A stretch of 64,000 nucleotides of DNA from Octopus vulgaris (lineage: Eukaryota). Position numbers and translations under genes: made by a program. The stretch is taken from contig OX597829.1 of the NCBI GenBank assembly GCA_951406725.2, positions 9,238,001 through 9,302,000 on the forward strand, in the 5' to 3' direction. The notes beneath the pieces were generated by a model that saw only the letters and a program-made list of their open reading frames with translations, was not told the origin of the DNA and did not search any database. Shown piece after piece: positions 12,519-26,366 of the stretch; position 1 is the first letter of the stretch; each line of letters starts with the position of its first letter.

Positions 12519-12689
12519 ACTCTTCAATTATAAGTAATTGCGTCTCAATTATTAATAATTGTGTATTGTGTATTGTGTATTAAATTTGTATTAATTTGTA
12601 TTAAATTATTAATAATTGTGTATTAATATATATATATATTTAAAAAAGGAGATGTGGAACACGAGTTGTGATATATGAAAAAAGGAAAT

Positions 12690-12962
12690 GAAGAAAATGC
12701 TGACAAAATAATTTAAGTAAGGGAGAGTGTATTTAATTAGGTGAAAGTTCTTTTTACCGGTTGCGCATTTGTTATGCTTATCAAAAGATATTTTTTTAAG
12801 AGAGATAGAGTTCCTGAGAAAAAAAATCTATCAGAAAGGAACTCTATCTCTCTTAAAAAAATATCTTTTGATAAGCATAACAAATGCGCAACCGGTAAAA
12901 ACAACTTTCACCTAATTAAATACACTCTCCCTTACTTAAATTATTTTGTCAGCATTTTCTTC
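12690..12962. repeat. Near-perfect palindrome, ~125 bp arms
   Basis: gaagaaaatgctgacaaa...gagatagagttcc versus ggaactctatctc...ttttgtcagcattttcttc, with a short spacer. Confidence 0.92.
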
Positions 12963-13132
12963 TTATCCACGCGACTGTGTATTCGTCCAAACGTTCACAC
13001 ATTATTATCTGACAAGGATATATTTACCCCATCTGAAATCCATTCATTCATTAATTCATTTTAATAGATTTACCATTTCAATCATACACATTTGTGATTA
13101 TTCAAAGAATGTAGCTGTTCTCCGAGACACAC

Positions 13133-13164
<32 letters not shown>

Positions 13165-13499
13165 GCGCACGCACACGTATATAGAAAGACATATACATTC
13201 GCCAACATGATCAGAATTGCCATCATATACGGTATATACGAGTATTCTGGAAGACATTTGCTTCAGTGATTTCCAATGACTGAAGCAAACGACTATATGA
13301 AATAACACAAAAAAACACCCCTGAAAATAAGAGAAAGAGTGAGAGAGATTGTGTGAGAGAGAGAGAGAGAGAAATGAATGAGAGAGAAATGGCGAGATGG
13401 CTTCCAACTTAAATTCAATCAAATATTTTAGCCATTTACTAAGACTTTACTTCGAAAATATTCCTATTAGATATACAATATATCAATTCACGCAATGAT

Positions 13500-13858
13500 G
13501 CATGTGTATGTATATGTATGTATGTATTATGTATGTATGTATGTATGTATGTGTGTATGTATATATGTATGTATGCATGTATGTATGTGCGTATGTATAT
13601 GTATGTATGTATGTATGTATGTATTATGTATGTATGTATGTAAGTATGTATGTATGTATGTATTTATGTATGCATGTATGTATGTGCGTATGTATATGTA
13701 TGTATGTATGTATGTACGTATGTATGTATGTATGTATGTATGTGTGTGTATGTATGTATGTATGTGTGTGTGTGTATGTATGTATGTGTGTATGTATGTA
13801 TATATGTATGTATATATGTATGTATGAATGTATCTCTCTCTCTCTCTCCATATGTATA

Positions 13859-13920
<62 letters not shown>
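13500..13920. repeat. (TATG)n followed by (TA)n microsatellites
   Basis: Direct reading. Confidence 0.97.
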
Positions 13921-13922
<2 letters not shown>

Positions 13923-14103
13923 CATTTCTGGTGTGTTATAACACCAACGTTCCTAGAAATAAGACCTAAAAGGCTCTAATGCTGTAGTTAAAACACATAA
14001 TTGAATACCTATGTACTTATGTATACAATTATGTGCTTTAATTACAGCATTAGAGCTTTTTAGTTCTTATTTCTAGCAATGTTGGTGTTATAAAGTACCA
14101 GAC

Positions 14104-14108
<5 letters not shown>
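13921..14108. repeat. Imperfect palindrome (MITE/foldback-like) embedded in (TA)n
   Basis: tacatttctgg..ttataacaccaac..ctagaaataaga versus tcttatttctag..gttggtgttataa..ccagacatgta. Confidence 0.8.
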
Positions 14109-14185
<77 letters not shown>

Positions 14186-14287
14186 ACAATTATAGCTTTC
14201 CCTTTTTGTAACACATTGCACACGGCTATCTATATTAATTTCTTTATATCTACACCCCCAACACACACCTATATTAATATAATATAA

Positions 14288-15356
<1,069 letters not shown>

Positions 15357-15627
15357 GTGGATATTTATATATGGGTGTGTAGGTATATATGTATAAACAT
15401 GCGTACAATCATATAAGCATGCATACATAAATAGATGCACACATGCATGCGTATATACATATAGCCATCTGTGTATTTATGTGTGTATCTGTGTGTGTGT
15501 GCGTGTGTCTGTGTGTGTACGTATGATAAACACACGCACGATTTTATAAATCGAAAAATTTGATTAGGTTTTTCTTTTTATTTTTCTTTTGCAGTATTTT
15601 ATTGCTTGAATATATTTCTGTTTGCAG

Positions 15628-15753
15628 CTAGAGAGGAAGATGAGTGTAACATGTCAGTAGTTTGAATATCAGAATGACATAGCGCAATGCAGACAGACTG
15701 TATTTTCACAGCCTGTCGGTGACACTTACGACTGATGTCTTAAGCTGTTAGAG
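15628..15753 (+). other. Candidate non-coding exon
   Basis: Acceptor tttctgtttgcag and donor GAG|gtaagg; stops in all three frames. Confidence 0.35.
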
Positions 15754-16322
15754 GTAAGGATTCCATTCAAACAGTTCCTTCTTTTTTTTTTCTCATATGT
15801 ATTTAAAAAAATTTTTTGCAGTTGATACTCTAAATTGCTTTCTGTGTTAAATGTAGAATTGTCTGATATATAATCTCTTCCAATACTTGTGTTAAAAAAT
15901 ACAAAATGCGTCGGAGCTAGACGAACTTAACGGCGATTTTAATTTAAAGCCGTTTCAACTGAGTAACACTGAGCTTTTCTACAGCCTGGCACAGCCAATG
16001 AATTCTCACTACTTTCTTTCAGACAGTTCCACAGTTCCACCGCTTCTAACAGTGTGTGTACGTTTAGTAGATATTCTATTTTACTGCTGTAGCAGTTAGT
16101 ACCCTGGATTTTCTTCTACAGTCTGGCAAGATTGCACAATGCCAGTGAACGTTTTATCTCTTGCTTCCTTGATATCGTGACACGAAGTTTGTTTAGGCCG
16201 GTGCTGATCGGTTGCGCAGCATTGAGAAGCTTCAAGAAAGGTAAACCACGCCTGTCGTTCTCTTGAGTCACCACAGCAACAATGTTCATCTAGCTACAGT
16301 AGATATATTATGCTTTTAAGTG

Positions 16323-16545
16323 AAAGCGCATGGCTCGGTGGTTAGAGCATCGGGCACAGAAGGTAGTGAGTTCGATTCCAGGATCGGGTTGTGTGTTGTG
16401 TTCTTGAGCAAGACACTTTATTTCACATTACTCTACTCCACTCAGTTGTAGAAATGAGTTGTGACATCACAGGTACCAAGCTGCATCGGCCCCTTTGCCT
16501 TGCCTTTTGATAACATCGGTGGCGTGGAGAGGGGAGGCTGTCGAA
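16323..16545 (+). mobile_element. tRNA-derived SINE family B
   Basis: A box tggctcggtgg, B box gttcgattcc, body cttgagcaagacactttatttcac shared with 49877-50105. Confidence 0.8.
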
Positions 16546-17229
16546 GCAGACGGGCTCTCCATTCAAAATCAAATCTAATCCAATAACATCGATGGAATTA
16601 GATAAAGGAACTTGAGGAAAACTTGAAGGAAGCGACCTTTTAACGAAGACACTAAGACTAAAACGAAATTTTACTGCCATAGAAAGTACAGTTTCTCCTA
16701 CGCACGGTGTCTCAATGAAACATGAGCGGGACACACGCACGATATTAACACTGGAAAGATTAAAATAGAAACGGACCAAAATAAAAAAAAATAGTGAGTA
16801 CATAAATTGAGTAATTACGCATACACTCGAATGTCTACACAATCATATATACATTTTGATACCCATAGGACTACACATACATCCCAAAGTTGAACACACT
16901 AAGTGAAATTTACAGGACACACACTCACGCACATGAAAAAACGTGTCACAAACCAAGCAAAAAAAATTCAAAACTTTCTTCTCATTTTTTCGAACTATCA
17001 CAGACAGAGTGAACCTTTCATAATTTTAAAAAAACATCACAAAAAAACTATGTTCGGAGATAAATCTATAAAAAAAATACAGACGAATGCAGATCTGCTT
17101 GCATTAAGAAGCTACGCTACGAACAATGTTTACATGCAGAGAACACGGAGACGGTATTGTCGCAAAAACTTAACCCTAAACTGACAGATCTTTTTATTTA
17201 TATTTTTTATTTTCATTTTTTCGAACTAA

Positions 17230-20200
17230 CACAGAACTAACCATAAACTGACAGATCCGTTTCCTAATGTAAGAGTCGAAGCTCGTCATGCCTCACTGTT
17301 AACAAAACAAATTACAAACCGCAATGGTCATCGATCGGATTACAAAAGACCACATACCCGAATATTGAACCAAATTCTGATTGAAAAATCAGCTACTGGT
17401 TCAAATCTTCCCGACATACAGGAGCTGGATGTACCCCACAACCGGAATATTCCAAAAGATGATCACCCATGCTCGTCATCAAATAACCAAAAGAAAAAGA
17501 ATGAAAAATGACCTAGGGAAGATAATAAAGAGGCTTTTACGGCCTTCTACCATGCCATATATTTCCCCACAGATAAATCTAACACTGTACAAACCTACTT
17601 AAACTGGAGACAGAAACACCCTGAAGTAAGACCCTACATAGACAGTAACAAACTTGCCAACGTCAGAAGAAACATTATAAAAAACAATTACTGACTGAAG
17701 TAGAGATTGACCAAATTAAACAAACAGTAACGGATAAAAACAACGAAGCCGCAGTTAAAGAAGATAATACAGAGGAAATAATTATACACCAGCCCTGGGC
17801 TGATGAAAACGCAGTAAGGATTGAAAGTTAGTAGTGATAGGCAAAGTGAAATACTCACTGAACCAATCACAAACACTAAGACAGATGAACATCAAATAGT
17901 AAAAAAGAAAGTCACACAAATATTGACCCAACTGAACTACGTGAATTAAAGAATCAAATCATGATTGAATGGCTGAAAATTAAAGAAACCAGTATGAATG
18001 AATGCGGTACACTCACGAAAATCCGTAACTCTAGCCAAAACATGAAAATAATTGGTAAAATCCGCCTTGCACTTAAGGATATAATTTCAGCTAATGATAT
18101 TGATATCACAGATCTCAACCACCTGTACTATGCATCCGCGAAAATCTCAACGATTCTATGTGGTGAAAATATTAGAAAATGGCAACATTCCCACAAGAGC
18201 GTATCCAACATCAAATTAAACTACTTAGGTCTGACATTGAATGTTTGAAAAACCTTAAGGTTGACAAGACTACCAAACCTACAAAAACCCCCAAATTAAA
18301 GAAAAAATATAAAATGAAAACTACACTTGAGATTGATGCCACCATAGAAACCATCAAACAAAAGGTATCTGCCAAAGCTGCCCGCATAGCGAGGTATGAA
18401 AAGCGTGTTAGATTCTTCAAGGACAACAACATGTTCAAAAATAACCCCAAAAATTTTTACAGGAAGATAGGGAAACACCAGTTACTGTAAAGACTGTACC
18501 ATCAAAAGAAGAAGTGCAGGGATTTTGGAATAAAATTTGGGCAGAAGAAAAAACACACAACGAAAGAATTGATAGAATATCTACGGACTTGCACTCCTTA
18601 GAGGAGCAAAAGTGGGAGGGTGTCAAAGTAGAAGATATAAGATCTGCTCTCAGGATGTCAAGCAAATGGAAGTCTCCAGGAAAGGATAAAATTCCTAGCT
18701 TCTGGTTGAATGCCTTCCCAGAGAGCCATGAACTGTTAACAGAGCTTTACAATGATGTTTTTCAACACCCTAGTAGAATGCCTCCTTGGCTAGTTAATGG
18801 GTTAATATTCTTGCTTCCAAAAAGTGAAGAAACAAATGAACCAAAAAACTATAGACCCATAACCTGCTTAACAACTATGTATAAAACGCTTGCATCTGTC
18901 CTGACGGAATATACCTATAGTTTTTTAATAGACAGCCGCATATTCCCTAACGAACAGAAAGGATGTAAACGTGGATCCTATGGTTGTAAAGATCAGACAC
19001 TCATCAATAAGATGATCTTAGAAGATTGTCACAAACGACACAAAAACTTGTCAATAGCCTGGATAGACTATAAAAAGGCTTTTGATAGCCTACCACATAG
19101 CTGAATTAAGAAATGCCTGGAAATGTATAAGATAGCGCCTACTCTGCGAAACTTCTTGACTGTAAGCATGAGATCATGGAGAACCACACTAACTTTGAAC
19201 AGTAACGATGAATCTCTAAATGCTGGTGATGTAAACATTTCATGTGGCATTTTCCAGGGTGACTCACTGTCACCACTCCTCTTTTGTTTAGCCTTAATAC
19301 CTCTCTCAAAATTGCTCAAGGACGCGCAGTACGGATATAAAATGTTTGATAAAAATATAAATCATCTCATTTACACGGATGATTTAAAGCTTTTTGCAAA
19401 AAATGACCAACAACTCAAGGGCTTACTAACGATTGTTAAGCAATTCAGTGATGACATCAGAATGCAATTTGGCCTCGATAACTGTGCAAAAGCTACCTTT
19501 ATCAAAGGAAAAAAATGACAGAAACATCTAACGTTTACCTTGACCAGCAGAATGTCATAAAAAAGTTAGACCCAGCGGAGAGCTACAAGTACCTAGGGGT
19601 AATTGGAGGGGACGGAATAAGGCATTTAGTGATGAAGGAAAGGATCAGGAGAGAATGTTATCGTAGAGTAAGAGCAATACTCAAGACAGAGCTGAATGCG
19701 AGAAACAGGATCGAAGTGATCAATGCTTTACCCATACCATTCCTGACTTACAGTTTCAATATTGTTAACTGGTCAATTACTGAAATATGTCAGCTCGACA
19801 GAAAAATAAGGAAACTGTTGACAATGCATAGAATGCACCACCCTAAGGTAGATGTAAAACGACTTTATCTGCCAAGAAAAGAGGGAGGCCGTGGACTTTT
19901 ACAACTGGCAATAACAATGAAGATTGCTATAATTGGCCTAGACACCTACCTGAAAATCTCTGAGGACTGGATGTTAAAACTTATCTCAAAACATGAAAAC
20001 AAGAAAGCATCATACTCAGTAACAAAACAGGCAAAGGAATATCTAAGTGAATTCCGAATACAACAAATTTTGGAATTAGAGATAGATATACAAGAAACAA
20101 GCACAGAAAAAGCTAAGCGCATGAAAACCCGTGCTAAAACTGCTACCTTAGATATTCTGAATGGTAAATGGCAAGAAAAACCTCTCAATGACAAATACCC

Positions 20201-21125
20201 AAAAAGAGCGAATAATGCAGATGTTGACAAAGCCCTGACCCATCAATGGCTAATGGCCTCTGGCTTAAAATCTGAAATAGAAGGGTTTATCATAGCAGCT
20301 CAAGATCAATGCATATCTACAAGGAACTACCAGGCTAACATATTAAAGAACGGCACTAGCCCAACATGTCGTGTATGTCAACAACAAAATGAAACCATTG
20401 ATCATGTTGCTTCCAAGTGCAGTCTTCTAGCGCCTACAGAGAATCTCAACAGGCATGATAGAGCTACATAATATATTCACTGGGTAATTTGAAAAAACCT
20501 GGATTTGCCGCATGATAAAAACTGGTGGGAACACAATCCACCTCCAGTGCTTGAAAATGACCACATCTCACTCCTCTGGAACTTCACCATTCGAACTGAC
20601 AGAAAGATAGATGCAAATAGGCCAGACATCATAGTGAAAGGCTTCAGACAAAGAACATGCCTCCTCATTGATATGACTGTCCCAATCGTTATAAACGTAA
20701 CTGTCAAGACCGACCAGAACCTGAGCAAATATAAAGATCTTGAAATAGAAATCAACAAAATGTGGAACCTGAAGACTAAAACAATACCTGTTGTCATAGG
20801 TGCCCTGGGAATGATGGCAAAAGGGGCTGATTGCTACCTAACTCAGATACCAGGAACCCCCAAAATGGCAGAAATTCAAAAGATAGTACTCAGGGGAACT
20901 GCTCATATCCTACGCAAAATACTTTCTATGTAATTTCAAGTTTAATACAAACATAATTTTCGTATGTTTTTTTTAGACATTCACTAGTTCAATACTAAGT
21001 ACAAAACCAAATATATGGCACCCTGGGCATAACACCAACATGAACTTCCAACTTGTTGTCTCTTGAGGTCTCTGGGTGAGACATGGAGCCAGCTTGTGCA
21101 AATGTAAAGCAAAAGTCAAACATAG
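17230..21125 (+). mobile_element. Near-full-length R4/Dong-like non-LTR retrotransposon (RT + CCHC + restriction-like endonuclease), disrupted
   Basis: WKSPGKD, NYRPITCL, WIDYKKAFDS, GIFQGDSLSP, YTDDLK, YKYLG, CRVC..ETIDHVASKC, RHD, NRPDIIV..LIDMTVP..KYKDL, across several frameshifted ORFs. Ends at an (AAC)n(AAT)n tract. Confidence 0.93.
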
Positions 21126-21152
21126 AACAACAACAACAACAACAACAACAAC

Positions 21153-21185
<33 letters not shown>

Positions 21186-21186
<1 letters not shown>

Positions 21187-21735
21187 GCCCTGATGCAGTA
21201 CCAGGCTCTCATGGCTTCTGATCTTAACTGATTGGAAGTGTTATCATGTACATTGTTTTATCTTCGTATAAAAGATGGGCTACAGCAAATATTCTGCTCA
21301 ATACCACAGATTTGCTTGTCAGTTGTTTGACCTTAACCAGTTGAGCATGTCCCTTGGTGGCTGACGATATGTGCATCTCTGATGACGAGCAGAAGTAGTG
21401 GAGGAGCATCATAGCCGTCTGTTAGGAGGGATTCTTTGGAGTTTGAGTAATTCACCTCTGGAAACATGGGTGTTTCGTTCAACATCCTTAAACAACCCTT
21501 ATTCAAGGACCTTTTGAGCGGGATGGGCTACTCGACCAGAAGAAAATTCTAACTGGGCCCCACCTACAAGGTCATGTGCTGTTTATCTTGATATGAGATC
21601 ATCATGTCACGCACATATGGTTGTGATGCATGTGCCTGCTATACCCTTATCAGACAGGTAGTCATGATGAATATAGTGGGCTTCGTATATTTTACCCCAG
21701 TGTCACTTTGATGGCATGCACTACTCTCTCACTCA
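21186..21735. repeat. Interspersed repeat between (AAT)n tracts, possibly a LINE 3' UTR or SINE
   Basis: Non-coding block sandwiched between TAA microsatellites and two Dong 3' ends; family not assignable from the sequence alone. Confidence 0.45.
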
Positions 21736-21763
21736 ATTATAATAATGATGATATATAATATAT

Positions 21764-21764
21764 A

Positions 21765-21860
<96 letters not shown>

Positions 21861-21864
21861 CAAC

Positions 21865-21946
<82 letters not shown>
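21764..21946. repeat. (AAT)n microsatellite
   Basis: Direct reading. Confidence 0.98.
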
Positions 21947-21947
<1 letters not shown>

Positions 21948-21949
21948 GT

Positions 21950-22332
21950 AAGTAAGTAAATATAAAGACTTGCTAATAGAAATTGAAAAATGTGGCATCT
22001 CAAGGCGACTACAGTACCAGTGATTGTAGGATCTCTAGGAATGATAAAAAAAGGTACTGAAACCTATTTGAAAATGATTCCAGGCTTACCATCCCTACAG
22101 GAAGTGCAAAAAATCGTATTAACTGGAACGGCTCATGTACTGAGAAGAGCACTATCGTTGTGAAAATAACATCCATCCATGAATTTATTTATTTATTAAT
22201 TTTTAAATACATATTTTATCTGTGAATTTGCGCGTGTAAACTGGGAATGCATACAATGAGCTTCTCTGCCCTAGGTGTATGGAAAACACTCGGCGAGAAA
22301 CGGAAGAAAATTTGAAGAAAGAAGGAAAAAAC
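21950..22332 (+). mobile_element. 5'-truncated Dong-like LINE 3' end
   Basis: KYKDLLIEIEKMWHLKATTVPVIVGSLGMIKKG..EVQKIVLTGTAHVLRRALSL*, paralogous to ORF 20505-20933; flanked by (AAT)n on both sides. Confidence 0.88.
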
Positions 22333-22371
<39 letters not shown>

Positions 22372-23249
22372 GTAACAATAACAATAACAACAGCAACAAC
22401 AATAATGATAATAGTAACAGTAGTAATAATAACCATAATAATAGTAATAATAATATTAAAAATGATATTATCGGTATGCCTGCTGTTGTTATAGGAAATT
22501 CTAATTATATACTAATTCTAAAATTAAGAAGTATATTATAGGTTTTAGAAGTTATTATTGTTACTCCATACATGATACTAATAGCTTCCTACGAGTACTT
22601 AATTAGAAGGGTAACTTTTATAAAGGCCCTTATAAATACTAAGATTAGGAGGGTAGAGCACTTTAAGAAAGGTATAAATCAAGTAATTTCAAAAGACCAT
22701 TTCAAACAATATTACCGTGCATCTTGTGATATTTTCTATCACGTCGGATGGAAGGTTTAAAGCTACCCTTTTCGCATATCTTTTTACACTTCTCCTTGCC
22801 AATTTTAATTCTTCTTCATCTATGTGGAAACTTTCCATTTTACCCGCCGCTGACGCAAAAGACGCAGAAGCGATATTTGTGTCCTTTTGTTTACTTTCTT
22901 TCGTATTTTTGTTACTGTTGTTGTTGTTGTCGTCGTCGTCGTAGTCGTTGTTGTTCCTGTCACTGCTGCTGCTGTTGTTGTTCTTTTTCTTCCAATCAGG
23001 ACTCACGCCATTAGCCACAAAGAATAATCTGTAATTCGAGCTACTAAGAATGCGTGCGGCAACTTGAAGATCCACCCACCACACGCGATAGACTGGCGGT
23101 TACAAAAGGGTTGTTATCCCTATTCAGTAAACGGTGGCTTTTAACGGGTGGAGAGCTGAACTATCCTGGGATACAGAGGATTCGCAATCTAGACTAGGGT
23201 CTGAAAGTTTACCACACCACAGTGGGTTACACCATGATTGCTCTGCTTT

Positions 23250-23445
23250 GTGGCAGAAGTAGGAAGAAAGAGTGAGAAAAAGCTGTGGTGAAAGAGTACA
23301 GCGGGGTTCACCACTACCCCCGCCGGAGCCTCGTGGAGCTTAACTGTTTTTGCTCAATAAACACTCACAATGCCCGGTCTGGGAATCGAAACTGCGTTCT
23401 TACGACCACGAGTCTGCTACCGTAACCGCTGGTCCATTGCGCCTT
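23250..23445 (-). mobile_element. tRNA-SINE family B copy
   Basis: Minus strand ggcgcaatggaccagcggttacgg..gtttcgattcccagaccgggc..ttattgagcaaaaaca; homologous to 28292-28430. Confidence 0.8.
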
Positions 23446-23513
23446 ATATTCATTGACCAACATGAGTCTATATTAACTTCCTCATAGGGGTGATAGACAA
23501 AAAGTGAAGCGTG

Positions 23514-23562
<49 letters not shown>

Positions 23563-23575
23563 ATATGTATGTATG

Positions 23576-23625
<50 letters not shown>

Positions 23626-23679
23626 TATATGTATAGATGTATGTGTGAGTGTACGTAAGCGTTAATGTGGTCACGCATT

Positions 23680-23739
<60 letters not shown>

Positions 23740-23918
23740 TATATATATATATGGGTGTGTGTGATTGTGTATAGAAGAATATATTAATAAAAAGAATTCC
23801 AACCTTGTCTGATTTTCACGTTTTATTTACAATCTTATAATGATATATTATAAGATAATATATTATAATTGAATAAAATAAAATGAAATAGTAGAATGTT
23901 AAATATTCATTCTGATTG

Positions 23919-23959
23919 AACTAGTACTTTCATGCATTGAATTCTGCAATCTTCGGGTT
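23919..23959 (-). ncRNA. Hammerhead-like motif with CCGAAGA core variant
   Basis: AAC-CCGAAGA-UUGCA..UGCAU-GAAA-GUAC-UA-GUU. Confidence 0.45.
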
Positions 23960-24242
23960 AATGTAGTAGTGTTGACAGTCATGCTTCACAATTTTTGACT
24001 GTAGCAAGATGAGTGATTCTGTGCTATAAATACAGCTGGGTAGGCTCCAGAGTGCTAGGTTTTGCAAACTGTATTCTGACCAATCAGTGTGTAGTATCAC
24101 TCAATTACTTAAGCTGATTGGTTGGTTGAGCTGATTGATATATATATATATATGATTGGTTGGTTGAGCTGATTGATATATATATATATATGAGCTGATT
24201 GATATATATATATATATATATGTTCCTGTATGTATGTGTGTG

Positions 24243-24627
24243 TCTCATATAAAATCCGTTCTATCTGTCTGTCTGCGTGTGTGGCTTCTAGGATCTCGGG
24301 CATTCTCCATCCAATTGCGCTCAAATTTGGTATGTAGATACCGACGGTATCAGGGCGTGCATAAGTCTTGAAAAAATTACAAAAATCGATTGCAGGTGAG
24401 GATGCGATCGATATAGCCGTGGGAACGTGCATTTGTAAAATCGTTTTTCTTGGAATAGAAAAAAGTCTATCTTTATTTCTTCTTTTGCTGGTGTCTCAAA
24501 TTTAGGTTAAATCAGTGTTTCTAAAAGGGGAGGCCAATGGGACGGTTGGACAAGTTGTTTTGAGAAAATTTGGTTTAAATGTTTGACAACTCAGCACCGT
24601 CCATTGGACGGGGGGCGATATGCTCGT
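24243..24627 (+). mobile_element. Putative non-autonomous Helitron
   Basis: 5' tc..atataaaatccgttctatctgtctgtctg; 3' GC hairpin ccgtccattggacgg ~10 nt before a CTCG end (CTRR-like). Confidence 0.5.
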
Positions 24628-24661
24628 ATATATATACAAATATATATATATGCGTATATAT

Positions 24662-24712
<51 letters not shown>

Positions 24713-26366
24713 GAGAGATAGACATATATATATATTCATGTATGCATATATGAATGTAGGTATGCGTGTATATGAATTGTGTGTGTATATGAATATAACT
24801 TACATATACATGTAGAAATAAATTGATGTATACCATTTACATATATCGGAAAACATATTGGGGAGGTGAAGTGAAGCTGGAAAACAAAGATCTATGGCGA
24901 ATATATGGCTAAATACGATGCACTTTAGGCAGCGTGGTATGTTGGTGCTTATATTAAAATGGTATTCTTTGGACTTGATGTATGAGAGTTCGGGTGTCGC
25001 TAACGTGCCATGCCGAAAATTTTACATTTTATTCTTCCATATACGTAACTATGTACCCGAACTGTAAGAATGGCAACTCTGTAAGTAACCAAACTTATTT
25101 CTGCGACGCAGATAAAGAATTCTTTTTCTTCGTACTTTAATTTAAATGAAAATCTACAACGACAACTGCTTATTCTCACCTGTCAAGGAAATATCACTTA
25201 TGAACTCAAACTGAACTTTAGAAAAGTTTCTCCCAGCCTGACAATTTCACTTTCATTCTTTTTCAAAAATTTAAAATCTATATCAAATAGGTAGGACCAA
25301 TTGACGAAAAAAAATGAGCGGCGTCTGTTGAGAAATCCGTGTCGTCGTCATTTTTGTGCTTGTCAGTAAAATGGCGAAATTTTACGCTTATGACTACGGA
25401 ACATTTTTGTCAAATTTCGACATTATTCGTCAAATTGATGCTTATGTCTATGAAATATGTTTTTTTTTAAATTTCGACGTTATTTTTTAAATTGATGCCA
25501 CGATGACTACTGCTAGGAATTCCGAAATTTTATGAATTTGAAATATCGATGCTGATTAAAAATCATTTTTTTTTTCAAACTTATTATAACGCTGTGGAAT
25601 TAAAACAACGAATTGAAATAAATCAAAAGCGTTTGCATTGAAATGAAGAATTAGCAAATGCTAAATAGATTACCGATGATAAGCTGTCTGTTTATGACTA
25701 TGAAACATTTGTGTCAAATTTCGACACTATTCGACTAATTGATGTCACGAGGACTACTGCGAAAAATGCCGAAATTTTATGATTTTGAAAGAACCAAAAA
25801 ATACTTCTGTGAAGCAGATGAAGAATTTTGTTTTTATTCGTAGATAATTTTAAATGAAAAACAACGACGACAAATGCTTATTCCCACCTATCAAATAAAT
25901 ATCACTTATAAACTCACAATAAACGCTAGAATAGTTTTTCTCAGCTTAACAATTGCACATTCAATCTAGCTATATTAGAAAACATCATGATGCCGAAACA
26001 ATATTCATTTAAGCACTAATATTATCGTGCATTCCTGTTCACTCGGATAAATTGTCTGATTATCGGCGACGAAACATAAACATGCACATACATGTACACA
26101 GACACACGTTTACATATATACATACACACACACACACGCGCGCACATACACACAAAGACACACACACGCACATACATATATATATATATGCATATATATA
26201 AATAAATGTATTTTTATTATTATTACCGTTATTTTCCCTCTTAAAACTTGCTTGCAGTTATCCTATTTTTTCCTTAATTAACGTAATTGTATTCTACCTT
26301 ATTGTATCTTATTTGAATTCATTTTATTTTGTTAAACCTTTTTTGATGTCCTTACAAAAATTCTTC

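Larger units (their letters stand above)
11646..12567 (-). mobile_element. Partial tandem dimer of an HHR-bearing non-coding element (Penelope pLTR/retrozyme-like)
   Basis: Direct repeats 11646-11967 and 12243-12567, each with a type I HHR; flanked by (TA)n. Confidence 0.8.

Noticed and set aside
16323-16390. tRNA gene
   Set aside because: The tRNA-like head runs into a SINE body and no complete cloverleaf is evident; the same applies to the other SINE heads
24110-24205. CRISPR-like repeat/spacer pattern (tgattggttggttgagctgattga)
   Set aside because: The spacers are just (TA)n, the context is eukaryotic and there are no cas genes; it is a small minisatellite
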